Assembly (NCBI GenBank): GCA_002269645.1
Contig: NIVC01003406.1
Coordinates: 1 to 64,000 of the forward strand
Direction: 5' to 3'
DNA: 64,000 bases
Origin: Macrostomum lignano
Lineage: Eukaryota
Below the pieces are notes generated by a model. It was not told the DNA's origin and did not search any database. It saw only the letters and a list, made by a program, of their open reading frames with translations. A program made the position numbers and the translations under genes. Positions 11,695 through 24,400 of the stretch are shown one piece after another (position 1 is the first letter of the stretch; the number at the start of each line of letters is the position of its first letter).

Positions 11695-14600
11695 TCAAAT
11701 ATTCTGCCGCACCATCTTGTACTCGACCTCGGCATGGGCACTGCGGCTGGCCTGCTGCTCTTGGCGCTTTACGGTGAAGATCACCAGGGCACCGATGATG
11801 AGCAGAATCTGTGGGGGTGCAGTTGGGTCTTCAGTATGCGTTCTACTGTCTTTTATAGCTTATGGACTCATCATTTATGACTTTATAGATCTTTGGTCCT
11901 GTAGTCCTATAGCCTTCTAGTCTATGGCCTTGTAGTCTATCGCCTTGAAGTCTATGGCCTTGTAGTCTATGGCCTTGTAGTCTATGGCTTTGAAGTCTAT
12001 GGCCTTTTAGTCTTTGGCTTAGTAGTCTATGGCTTAGTAGTCAATGGCTTAGTAGTCAATGGCTTAGTAGTTAGTCTATGGCCTTGTAGTCTATGGCCTT
12101 GTAGTCTATGGCTTTGAAGTCTATGGCCTTTTAGTCTTTGGCTTAGTAGTCTATGGCTTAGTAGTCAATGGCTTAGTAGTTAGTCTATGGCCTTGTAGTC
12201 TATGGCTTAGTAGTCTATGGCTTACTAGTCTTTGGCCTTGTAGTCTATGGCTTAGTAGTCTAATTGCCTTGTAGTCTATGGCCTTGTAGTCTATAATGGC
12301 CTTGTAGTATCTCCGTAATCCTCCCAACAAAACGCACCTGGAGTCCCAGCGTCCCGCACAGCCCATAGAAGAACCGGTTCAACTGCCATTGGGTGTCGAT
12401 GACCTCCCAGACTCGACCGTGGCAGCCAATATTCGAGTTGCTGACAGTCGGATCCCTCGAACCGTTGTACGGGCAATACGGGTCAATTAAGGTGTAGTTG
12501 TTCAGGTGAAACTTGCAGCAGGTAACCGGATAGGTCAGATCTGCGAGTTTCAGTCGGGTAGGTTTGTTAAATTGTGCATTTGAGACACGCTTAGGTCAGC
12601 GTATGCCAGTTATTGGTCAGGTCTGATTAGTTTAGCCCAGGTTTGGTCATTTTATGTCAGCTGAAGTTAGCTTATGTCAGTTTTTATGGAGTTATCATCA
12701 GCTTAGGCCAGTTTATTAATTTCAAGCTATGGTCAGCGAATAGGTCAGGTTATTTTAGTTAGTTTTGCCCCGTCTTGGTCTGTTTAGTCCAGTTAAAGTA
12801 AAGTTTAGATCAGTTTATGTTAGTGTAAGTAAGTTTAGGTCAGTTTATGTCAGCTTAAGTAATTTTAGGTATTTTAAGTCAGTTTTGGTCAGTTTAGGTT
12901 ATTTTAGGTCAGTTAAGGTCAGTTAAAGTCAGTTTAGGTCAGTTAAGTCAGTTTAGGTCAGTTTAGGTCGTTTTAGGTCAGTTTATAGTCAATTTCACGG
13001 TAGCGACACCCACTGAAAGTGAAGGTCCTGTTGTTCTTGTCCGTCAATGTGTAACTCCGGTTCCAGTTGGGGCTGCCAACGTGAAAGTCTGTGCCGTTGT
13101 CAACGCCGCAGCAGCCGAACATGGCCTGCACCATGCTCAGGCTGGCCGAATCCACGTCATCGCCGCGGTCGCCTTTGAATTTGGAGACCTGGACTTGCAG
13201 TGAGTCTCTGGTGCCCTGCTTGAACTGGAGCGGTTTGGGGTGGGGGTTGAACTGGAGTGGTTTGGGGGGTTGAACTGGAGTGGTTTGGGGTGGGGGTTGA
13301 ACTGGAGTGGTTTGGGGGGTTGAACTGGAGTGGTTTGGGGGGTTGAACTGGAGTGGTTTGGGGGGTTGAACTGAAGTGGTTTGGGGGGTTGAACTGGAGC
13401 GGTTTGGGTGGGGTTGAACTGGAGTGGTTTGGGGGTTGAACTGGAGCGGTTTGGGGGGTTGAACTGGAGTGGTTTGGGTGGGGTTGAACTGGAGTGGTTT
13501 GGGGGGTTGAACTGGAGCGGTTTGGGGTGGGGGTTGAACTGGAGCGGTTTGGGGGGTTGAACTGGAGTGGTTTGGGGGGTTGAACTGGAGTGGTTTGGGG
13601 TGGGGGTTGAACTGGAGCGGTATGGGGGGGGTTGAACTGGAGCGGTTTGGGGTGGGGGTTGAACTGGAGCGGTTTGGGGTGGGGGGTTGAACTGGAGCGG
13701 TTTGGGGGGTTGAGCTAGAGCGGTTTGGGGGGGGGTTGAACTGGAGCGTTTTGGGGTGGGGGTTGAACTGGAGCGGTTTGGGGTGGGGGGTTGAACTGGA
13801 GCGTTTTGGGGTGGGGGGTTGAACTGGAGCGGTTTGGGAGTTGAACTGGAGTGGTTTGGGGGGTTGAGCTGGAAGGGTTTGGGTGGGAGTTGAACTGGAG
13901 TGGTTTGTCGTGGGGATAATTGGATAATGAAAATACGAATACGAGCTATAATGCCTCACAATGTTGGAGTTGACGAACCACATGATTATGACGACAACTT
14001 GTCCCAGAAATAGCAGACTGACGCACACGACGTACTGATTAGATTGAAAAGTGAAAAATGCATTAATTTTGATGCTGCTGTTACTAAAACTTTGACTTAT
14101 CTACTGCATGCAATTATCAATGTAATGGAGTTCCATACACTGAAAATGGTTTGTCTATCTAGTATCTATAGGTAGGTATCTATCTAGTTATGTGTGTAGG
14201 TACCTGGTCTCTAACTACGAGTAAGAGCTGATTTTCAGAAAATTATAGCAAAATTTAAACTACTCCCATTTCGGCTGAACCAATCCAGCTAGACTAAGAG
14301 CTACTTCCGGTTCCCACTTCTGGCAATCCAGCCAGACTAACAGCTACTTCCGGTTCCCACTTCTGGCAATCCAGCCAGACTAACAGCTACTTCCGGTTCC
14401 CGCTTCTCGCAATCCAGCCAGACTAACAGCTACTTCCGGTTCCCACTTCTGGCAATCCAGCCAGACTAACAGCTACTTCCGGTTCCCGCTTCTCGCAATC
14501 CAGCCAGACTAACAGCTACTTCCGGTTCCCACTTCTGGCAATCCAGCCAGACTAACAGCTACTTCCGGTTCCCACTTCTGGCAATCCAGCTAGACTAAGA

Positions 14601-15666
14601 GCTACTTCCGGTTCCTGCTTCTGGCAATCCATCCAGACTAACAGCTACTTCCGGTTCCCACTTCTGGCAATCAAGCCAAGCTAAGAGCTACTTCCGGTTC
14701 CCGTTTCTGGCAATCCAGCCAGACTAACAGCTACTTCCGGTTCCCACTTCTGGCAATCCAGCCAGACTAACAGCTACTTCCGGTTCCCACTTCTGGCAAT
14801 CAAGCCAGGCTAAGAGCTACTTCCGGTTCCCGCTTCCGGCAATCCATCTAGACTAAGAGCTACTTCCGGTTCCGGTTCCCGCAATCCAGAAAGACTTGAA
14901 GATAAAGAAGAATTTTCTTCAAGCTACTTCTTGTTTTGGATGAATAAGTTTGTCTACACGTAGAGAAAAGCGCAAACTTCAATCAATTTCAGGTCTGCTT
15001 CAAACATCCCAAATAATGGCACACATCCGCAGGCTCTTACAATGATGAGGCAGGCGGGGACGCCGATGCAGGCTCCGAAGCAGCCGATGCAGCTCACAAT
15101 AACGATGACGATCCCCAGCCCGATGAGAACGCCAGCCATGGAGCCGGACAGGACAGACAGACTCGAATAATAGTTGCTAACGTTGACGTGGCTGCCGAAC
15201 ATCGAGACTGTCTGGTTGCCACCGTCGGAAGCAGCCGTTGAGGACATCGACTGGATCAGGGATGACCCCACCAGCAGCAGGATGCCTAGGATGCTGAACA
15301 GCACTCCGAATATCTACAGGGGAAGATTCGGAGTGGCGCTGACCCTGACACCCTCATTGGCGCCGATCCTGACGCCCTCACTGGCGCTGATCCTGACACC
15401 CTCACTGGCGCTGATCCTGACACCCTCACTGGCGCTGATCCTGACACCCTCATTGGCGCGGCACTAATTCTGACACCCACTCTAATGCCTATCAGCTCAA
15501 TTTCTAAATCAACAGAACTAACATGTCATCAGTCTGTGAGGCTCATAATTTACAATTACATTTAGATCAACCCCCTCAGGCCACTCACAATGCTGATAAT
15601 GTTAACGAACACAATAAACACGCAGCAAAGAACTCTACAGCAGGCCAGAGGTCCGTCGGAAGCCAT
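11695..15666 (-). CDS. Tetraspanin, 6 coding exons, ~315 aa
   Basis: Exons 15666-15589, 15313-15041, 14034-13960, 13218(or 13215)-13014, 12540-12338 and 11808-11695 are all GT-AG and in frame. Four hydrophobic segments, GCFGA after TM2, CCG motif (FGCCGV), PVTCC and a distal GC in EC2. Confidence 0.92.
11905..12305. repeat. 15-bp minisatellite TAGTCTATGGCCTTG, tetraspanin intron 5
   Basis: Tandem copies with CCTTG/CTTAG variants. Confidence 0.93.
12575..12990. repeat. Degenerate ~10-bp repeat GGTCAGTTTA, tetraspanin intron 4
   Basis: Many imperfect copies, most regular at 12880-12990. Confidence 0.8.
13221..13908. repeat. ~20-23-bp minisatellite GTTGAACTGGAG(T/C)GGTTTGGGG(n), tetraspanin intron 3
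   Basis: About 30 copies with variable G-run length. Explains the PxQFNP repeats in ORF 12973-14028. Confidence 0.95.
14279..14885. repeat. 43-bp minisatellite CAATCCAGCCAGACTAACAGCTACTTCCGGTTCCCACTTCTGG, tetraspanin intron 2
   Basis: About 14 tandem copies. Confidence 0.95.
15335..15465. repeat. 24-bp minisatellite GCGCTGATCCTGACACCCTCACTG, tetraspanin intron 1
   Basis: About 5 copies. Confidence 0.9.
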
Positions 15667-16067
15667 GTTTGCTTCTAGTTGCTTTTTTGCTGATTTCCTG
15701 ATAATTTGCTTATAGAATGCTTGAGATTTGCAAGCGCAAACTGAGAGAGAAATACAAACTATTGTCAAAACAATAAGCCGAGTTCCTGACAGGCGGGTGG
15801 AAAAGAGCGTCAGAGACTAACTTAGAACTTGGCCAGAAAATGCAGGCCTTTTTGGATCGAATTTGCGAGCTAGAAATAGAAAGGAAAGAAAAAACACACA
15901 AAACCAAGCTGGGGTGGGTCTGGCCAGACCCCGAGACCGGGGGACCTCCGAGTCACCCTGGACTGGAAGCCAACAGATCCAATCTGCCCACAAAAAAACT
16001 TTCTAGATTTCTGCAGTCTCTTGTAGCTGCGATTAGTTTCCTTTTTCTACACCCACCCACCCACCAC

Positions 16068-16268
16068 TTGTATTGGCGCTGATCCTGACACCCACCGCTT
16101 GTATTGGCGCTGATCCTGACACTCACCGCTTGTATTGGCGCTGATCCTGACACCCACCGCTTGAATTGGCGCTGATCCTGACACCCACCGCTTGTATTGG
16201 CGCTGATCCTGACACCCACCGCTTGTATTGGCGCTGATCCTGACACCCACCGCTTGTATTGGCGCTGA
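16068..16268. repeat. 31-bp minisatellite TTGTATTGGCGCTGATCCTGACACCCACCGC upstream of the tetraspanin
   Basis: About 6.5 copies; shares its core with the 24-bp array at 15335. Confidence 0.93.
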
Positions 16269-17113
16269 GTTCGTCGATTTCTTGTCATTTATAACAAACT
16301 GATTTTGTATTCCTAGATTTTCATATCAAAATTATCGAGCAATCATTGAACAAGCCAGTCCAGCAGATTCACAAAGGTCCCTGCCAGCCCCCGAGCACTA
16401 CACTTAGCACGACTTGCGCACGCACAGAGCCAAGTTATGCCAGCAGTGTCTGCGCCCCCCCCCCCCCTGGATCCGAGGTCACCGGACCAGAATGAGGGAG
16501 AGAGGCGGGGCAGAGAGGACTATAATAGAGATCTGAGTACACTGCTCTCATTCGGACAGTAAAAAACCCTCAGCTCACTTAGACGTCTCTCTTCTTCGAA
16601 GAAAAAAATAGTTGAGTCTCCAGCGCAGCTAAGAACGATGGATGGACCGACAATGCAGAGGACTGCAGACTTGCACACTCCATGCCGCAAGAGGGAGACC
16701 AAAGAGAGATAGTTGCAGGGTAGAAAAGCAATTGAGCCATGCGCTGCACTAATGGACTGTACAGCAGTTTTGGTAGCTTGAATGCTTGTTTAAACCTGCA
16801 TAAAACAGCCGAGGCTCGTGTTTGGTGCGAGATCGGATTGCGGTTAAACCACTGGGAGCGGGAGAGCTGGTTAACGAGTGAGCTCACAGCCTCTGAAAAC
16901 TGCTGTGGTTGTCAACTTACAGTAAAGTGAAACTGAACTTGTAGCATGCCAGCTTTATTACTTAATTATTCAGCTATAAACACCTTGGCGCTACTTTTTT
17001 AGCATTTTGGCATTTGGTCTGTGCGTTCGTTTCATTATCATATTTTAACCAGTTGCCATGGTAACCTCCACACCGTCTGTCTTTCTTAGAAAACATTTAG
17101 CTAACTGCGAGTG

Positions 17114-17425
17114 ATTACACAATGGACATTGAAGAATGTGTCTGCCAATGGTTGATTACACAATGGACATTGAAGAATGTCTGCCAATAGCTGCTTACAC
17201 AATGGACATTGAAGAATGTCTGCCAATGGCTGATTACAAAATGGACATTGAAGAATGTCTGCCAATGGCTGATTACACAATGGACATTGAAGAATGTGCC
17301 TGCCAATAGCTGATTACACAATGGACATTGAAGAATGTGTCTGCCAATGGCTGATTACACAATAGACATTGAAGAATGTCTGCAAATGGCTGATTACACA
17401 ATGGACATTGAAGAATGTGCCTGCC
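17114..17425. repeat. 39/41-bp minisatellite GATTACACAATGGACATTGAAGAATGTCTGCCAATGGCT
   Basis: About 8 copies. Confidence 0.93.
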
Positions 17426-18599
17426 AGTTTCGGATTATGCAATGCAGATTCAACAATGCATTTTTCTCTACATCAATTTCCATCTAACTTTAACGAAACG
17501 AAGGTAGGTATTTGATACCAGATAAAATATAATATAATAAAGTTTATAATGTGGGCCAAACACAAAATGGCATACACATACATTATATTAACAAAGGCAT
17601 GTATAATTGCTATAATTTATGAATGAATCAACAGACTGCACTTAACTATAAACAAGAAGAATAGTATACATTTATAAGCCTTGATATTGACAAGGCAAAA
17701 GCGCAACGACAATGGCAAACACTGACTCATCAAGTACACCGAAGGTAATAGATATCAACAAGAAAGTCCATTCAGCATTAAATTAAATATAATAAAGTCT
17801 TGTGTATAGTACTGCTCTTAATCTACGAGTAGACTGAGCGCGTGTTGCCGGATAAATTAGTAAAATTTGTTTGCCACAACTAACACCAGCGAACCGACTA
17901 TCACGCTTGAGGAACTGTAATTTCTTGAAGTAAAAATTTGTCCTGCAATATGCGCATCAGTTACTAAAATAAAGAGTAGTATTTATGGCCAGCACATGGA
18001 GTAGCAAAGCTTGCTGATAACCAGAATCAGTAGACAGGCAGACATGTCTTTAAAAGCATTCAATTCGATAAATTTTCACCCAACCGGACAGGAAAAGCGA
18101 TAGACAAGAAAGCGTTAACGATTTTCACAAATTATATTAGTGTTCGCGTTCAAACTACTGTTTCAATCAGTAGTTAAAAAGGACGCAATTACTGTATATA
18201 AAAGTCCGTGGCCAAGCAAAGCAATTTGGAGGAAATACTTGTGGAAAAGAGTTGGGGCGGCTTCAGAAACGCGAGCGAAGCGATAAATATTGCCAACTGT
18301 ATCCATGAAGTACATAGCAGAGATTAGAGTAACTGGAAATGCCACTCGCCGAAGTGCGCTCATCTACTCTTTTTTCTGTAGCGAAATTAGCCCCTGGCTT
18401 TCTATAAGCAGACCTATTAAACTAATCCTGCTTTACCGACTCCAGACTGCCTCAGACTAATATTGCAGAAAAAATTGAAAAAACCAAATACAGTGCGTGT
18501 GCATAGCAAGTAAGACAGAAAAGGGATGGCGCTCCCAGCCCCCAGCCAGGCCGATAAACAGTTACGAGTAGGCTTTCTCTAGCCCGCTTGTGCGCACTG

Positions 18600-19275
18600 C
18601 TCTCTGATTGGCTGAGCTAGATTGGGCCTGGAATGAGTTTCGTCCGTCTTTCTCTCGACCTATCTTCTTACTGCTCTCTCATTGGCTGAGCTAGATTGGG
18701 CCTTGAATGAGTTTTGTCCGTCTTTCTCTGACCTCTCTTTTTACTGCTCTCTCATTGGCTGAGCTAGATTGGGCCTGGAATGAGTTTCGTCCGTCTTTCT
18801 CTTGACCTATCTTCTTACTGTTCTCTCATTGGCTGAGCTAGATTGGGCCTTGAATGAGTTTCGTCCGTCTTTCTCTGACCTCTCTTTTTACTGCTCTCTC
18901 ATTGGCTGAGCTAGATTAGGCCTGGAATGAGTTTCGTCCGTCTTTCTCTTACCTCTCTTTTTACTGCTCTCTCATTGGCTGAGCTAGATTGGGCCTTGAC
19001 TGAGTTTCGTCCGTCTTTCTCTTGACCTATCTTCTTACTGCTCTCTCATTGGCTGAGCTAGATTGGGCCTTGAATGAGTTTCGTCCGTCTTTCTCTGACC
19101 TCTATTTTTACTGCTCTCTCATTGGCTGAGCTAGATTAGGCCTGGAATGAGTTTCGTCCGTCTTTTTCTTACCTCTCTTTTTACTGCTCTCTCATTGGCT
19201 GAGCTAGATTGGGCCTTGAATGAGTTTCGTCCGTCTTTCTCTGACCTCTCTCCTTAACTCATTGGCTGAGTTTCG
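18600..19275. repeat. ~73-bp tandem repeat containing ATTGGCTGAGCTAGATTGGGCC
   Basis: About 9 copies. Confidence 0.93.
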
Positions 19276-19964
19276 TTCGTCTTGCGCTCACTTGTGTACA
19301 TCGAGTTAAAAACGCTTTTTGTTTATTCCTTACCCAATGAGGCCGCAAACCCAGAGGAAGGAAAAGAAATATTAGTTGCCCCATTAAATTAAGTGACACT
19401 GCGCAGACAAGCTACTGATAAAGTTTTTTTTTCTAAAAGATTATCCAGGGACATATCTAGTTATTCTAGCATCGTTGATACATACTAAACAGGAATTCCA
19501 TGACAGTAGGCAAAGCAGTCAACGCATATATAAGATATCCTATATATTCAACTTTATATATACATTTCTAATCTTAAAACAGCAGGTTCAGCTAATTAAG
19601 AAGACCCTGTATAACAAAAATACTGCCCTCTACAAAATAAGATATAATAAACACTGGCGCATATCGAACAGTACATAAAATATAAATTTAAAAAATCAAA
19701 AGATACATGAATTTCATACAGTGTATGGGTGGCGGTTAAAAGGGAACAATATGGGATAAATTTGGCAACACTGCGGCGCTGTGGGTTCTCTGATGCCCCC
19801 CTCCCGGCGCCAGGCTGGGGAACTGGGGTGAGAGTCTGGCTGGGCAAAGCAGACAGATGGAGAGATTGACAGACACTGGCAGGCAAGTTAGTTGAGCTGG
19901 CGAGAATTGCAGTTTTATAGAGGGGCCGCGAATGAGATAAATTTTTTGGACACGGATAGAGACG

Positions 19965-20230
19965 CGGGTGAGATCAAGGGGTAGAGGTAGGGGGTAGATG
20001 TAGAGGGGTACAGATAGAAGGGTAGAGATAGAGGGGTAGAGATAGAGTAGAAGTATAGGGATAAAGATAAAAGGGTAGAGGTAGAGGGGCAGAGGTAGAG
20101 GGTAGAGGTAGAGGGGTAGAGATAGAGGGGTAGAGATAGAGGGGTAGAGATAGAGGGGTAGAGATAGAGGGGTAGAGGTAGAGGGGTAGAGGTAGAGGGA
20201 TAAAGATAGAAGGGTCGAGGTAGAGGGAAA
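19965..20230. repeat. Purine-rich ~14-bp repeat GGGGTAGAGATAGA
   Basis: Imperfect tandem copies. Confidence 0.85.
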
Positions 20231-20834
20231 ATGAAATAGAGGTGAGATGCGCTGTGAGACGTGGGGAATGAAAGGGCCAATCCGACTACTCAACAAAAAA
20301 GCAGTAGAAAATGAGAGGAAAAATGGAGCCCTATTGAATTATAAAACAGATGCAACATGAAACAACAAGCGAGTCCGAATACAATCAGTAAGCAGTTAGC
20401 TGCGCAGAGAATCATTGGATTCGCGATGGAAGTGAAAAGCAAACGCATAAGAAAACAATTCAACAACAAAGAAAGCGAGGAAATGACAGATACATCGGCT
20501 AATAGTAGATATAAATTATCAACAAAATAAGGGCAGGCGCTGGCCCGGCAGGCTTGTAAACCTGGGAGACGGCGCTGGGTGGTCCTGCCTAATTAATATA
20601 GCTCGTAATTGTAAAAAAATACACACCCAACTACTTATACTTTTAGTAGTGCACATGGGCTTTGAGATACTGAAAAATGTTGAATTTATACGCACAGACA
20701 CACTGATATGCCTTCAGTTCTGATGGCCTAAGATCCCAACATTGTAAATGTGAGCAATGAATTAAAAAACTGCAAGTATTTTAATCCCTAATTGGAATGA
20801 CGTCATCTGATCCCCGTTCCAAAAGATTTTGGGA

Positions 20835-21290
20835 TTTTCTGATCCCCATTCTGAGAGGGACTTAGGGATCCTGATTCCCATTCTGGAAGGGATTTAGGGA
20901 TTCTGATCCCCATTCTGGAAGGGATTTAGGGATTCTGATCTCCATTCTAAGAGGGATTTAACGATCCTGATCCCCATTCTGAGAGGGATTTAACGATCCT
21001 GATCCCCATTCTGAGAGGGATTTAGGGATCCTGATCCCCATTCTGGAAGGGAATTGGGGATACTGGTCTCCATTCTGAGAGGGATTTCTAGGGATTTTAC
21101 CCCCATTATGAGAGGAATTTAGGGATTTTGATCCCCATTCTGAGAGGGATTTAGGGATTCTGATCCCCATTCTGGAAGAGATTTAGGGATTATGATCCCC
21201 ATTCTGGAAGGGATTTAGGGATTATGATCCCCATTATGAGAGGAATTTAGGGATTTTGATCCCCATTCTGAGAGGGATTTAGGGATACCG
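20835..21290. repeat. 32-bp minisatellite GATCCCCATTCTGAGAGGGATTTAGGGATCCT, 3' of the nuclear receptor
   Basis: About 14 copies. Confidence 0.93.
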
Positions 21291-21483
21291 GCCCTCATTC
21301 CAAGGGATTACTCCGATAAGGCAACCTGATCCCCACACCGAGACTTGAGGATTTCCAGGGCGTTCCTCTCAGTTAGAAATCCCAGACCCTGTAAAACTAA
21401 AGGCAATAAACATGCAGCCATAAGCCGTGAAGTGTCGCGCGGGCGAGCCAAAGCCATCTATGATGGGGAATGAGTCGGGCATC

Positions 21484-24400
21484 TTAGAACTGGCCACCTC
21501 CACCTTTCTTGCCGTCGTGTCCCTCCTGCATGTCCAGCAGCTCGGCCATCAGCGGTCGGACAACCCGCGGATCGGTCAGGGCGGCGAGATCGCTGAAATC
21601 CTTCTCCAGATTGCGCAGCTCGGCCAGCTGAGTGAGCAGTTGGGGATAAATCTTGCGAGCCTCCTGGCCTGGCAGCCGAGTCCTGAGCAGCCGGTCCAGC
21701 ACCAGCGAGTAGCGAACCTGCGCCTCCTCGGCCGAGTCGCGGCCCTCTGGCGTCAGGCCGGGCCGGTCGGCGCTGAACAGGCAGACTACTAGCAGTAGGA
21801 TGAGGGTGGCGCGGTCGCACTGCAGATTGACGCGAAGGGAGCGGGCCAGCTGAAGGAAGGCGTAGCCGCTGGAGCCGGCGGCTTTGAGAAAATCGCCGCC
21901 CTCCATTGAGTCCTGCGAGTGTTTCAGGAGTGGGATTTTTTATTACGGGATCAACAGCTGAGTGGGGAAAAATGGGATTTAGGTTAAAGGGGATCAACAG
22001 CTGAGTGGGGAAGAATGGAATTTAGGTTAAAGGGGATCAACAGCTGAGTGGGGAAGAATGAAATTTAGGTTAAATGGGATCAACAGCTGAGTGGGGAGAA
22101 ATGGGGTAAGTGAACGCGGCCAATAACCAGAACAGGAGAAATCTTAGGGGGATCAAAACTGAAATAAATTGATATGGGATATTTAGGACTTTTAAATTGC
22201 GTGATAAAAATTCATACTAAAATATACATGACATTTTCAGGCCGATGCCATGTGATAAATCTCAATAAAAAGGGGATTTTTTGGAATCAGGGTTAGCCAG
22301 GCGGGTCAATGGGGTCACCTGCTCCGCTGACTCAACATCGCCTGAGTCAAGGAAGCGCGCCCGTTCCGGGTCGAAGCTGATGACGCCGCGCAGCAGGATG
22401 AGCTCCAGAGCGCCGCCCTTCATCAGCGCCACCCGATCCGGCGGGCTGAGCCGCAGGAACTCCGGCAGCTGCTTGCACAGCTCGATAACTCGAACCACCG
22501 ACAGCTCGGCAAAGTTGATCAGATCGTCAAAGCTGACGGCTCGCTGGCCCTGGCGCTCTGGCAGCTTCACAGCCTCGGAGGCGGCGTACGCGTCCAGGAT
22601 GAACTTCACGTCCTGCAGCTCGGCGTCAGAGAGCAGCTCCCGGTCCGCCAGGTCAGCCGGGGTCAGGTCCTTGGGCAGCAGCTGCAGCGACTCCAGGGTG
22701 CGGATTAGCCTGCGATATGGGGGGACGCAATAAATTATGATAACCAGTAACCAGGCTGGCTGGTGCATCACGGATTGTGAAAGTTGGATCTCGACTGTGA
22801 AGATAGGAGGTCGTGAAAGCTTGCGATCGTGAATATTGGGTGGGGATCGTGAAGATTGGGTAGGGATCGTGAAGTTTGCTTGGGGATCGTGAAGATTGGG
22901 TGGGGATCTTAAAGATTTGGTGTGGATCTTAAAGATTGGGTGGGGATCGTGAAGATTGGGTAGGGATCGTAAAGATTGGGTGGGGATCGTGAAGATTTGG
23001 TGGGGATCGTGAAGATTGGGTGGGGATCGTGAAGATTGGGTAGGGATCGTGAAGATTGGGTGGGGATCGTGAAGATTGGGTGGGGATCGTGAAGATTGGG
23101 TGGGGATCGTGAAGATTGGGTGGGGATCGTGAAGATTGGGTAGGGATCGTGAAGATTGGGTGTGGATCGTGAAGATTGGGTGGGGATCGTGAAGATTGGG
23201 TGGGGATCGTGAAGATTTGGTGGGGATCTTAAAGATTGGGAGGGGATCGTGAAGATTGGGTGGGGATCTTAAAGATTTGGTGGGGATCTTAAAGATTGGG
23301 AGGGGATCGTGAAGATTGGGTAGGGATCGTGAAGATTGGGTGGGGATCTTAAAGATTTGGTGGGGATCTTAAAGATTGGGAGGGGATCGTGAAGATTGGG
23401 TGGGGATCGTGAAGATTGGGTGGGGATCGTGAAGATTGGGTGGGGATCGTGAAGATTGGGTGGGGATCGTGAAGATTGGGTGGGGATCGTGAAGATTGGG
23501 TAGGGATCGTAAAGATTGGGTGGGGATCGTGAAGATTGGGTGGGGTCGTGAAGATTGGGTGGGTTCGTGAAGATTGGGTGGGGATCGTGAAGATTGGGTG
23601 GGGATCGTGAAGATTGGGTAGGGATCGTAAAGATTGGGTGGGGATCGTGAAGATTGGGTGGGGTCGTGAAGATTGGGTGGGGGTCGTGAAGATTAGATGG
23701 GGATAATATAGCATTGAGATCAGTGAGTAAATTGTAAAATAAAACTAAAAAAACAGCTGGCTATACTCCCATAAGCATAAATTGGAACAGCAAAGCTTTG
23801 AACTTATAAAAGTACATTCTTACAAATTTGCGCCCTTCTACAAAAGCTAATGTACTATTAACACCGAGTGTCAGTCTGATGCAATGCATTTTGCGTACCA
23901 TCAATCAACAAAAATGATATTTTTGATAAATGCGGAAATCTTCGTCAACTGTAGCGTCATCTGAACCGGCATTAAACGAAACGCAAGCACCAGAATCGAA
24001 AATTTGAAAAAGACTCCCTGCTCGCCTGCCCCCGCTCTATTAACTGCCGTCCGATTATGAGGGCAAAAAACACAGGAAAAAATCAACATCCTTAGCCAAA
24101 CTGGCACTCTCTTTCTAGTGCGTCGTGGAAATGTAAGATTCTAAAAGTACTTCCAAAACTGCATGCTTGCAGATACGAGCGTGCCCAGAACAAACATTAA
24201 AATTGGGAGATCTGAAAATCCTTAACAGTGTGCTTCGGATCGAAGCTGCAAACCGAATCTGAGCCCTGAAGTCCCGAATCTGAGCCCTGAAGTCCCGAAT
24301 CTGAGCCATGAAGTCCCGAATCTGAGCCCTGAAGTCCCGAATCTGAGCCCTGAAGTCCCGAATCTGAGCCCTGAAGTCCCGAATCTGAGCCATGAAGTCC

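Noticed and set aside
18163-18363. 66-aa ORF with two hydrophobic stretches
   Set aside because: Short, lacks the GC3 bias of the real exons and has no recognisable motif; cannot be supported without expression data.
13221-19275. CRISPR-like appearance of regular 20-73-bp arrays
   Set aside because: No unique spacers, no cas genes, and a eukaryotic intron context.
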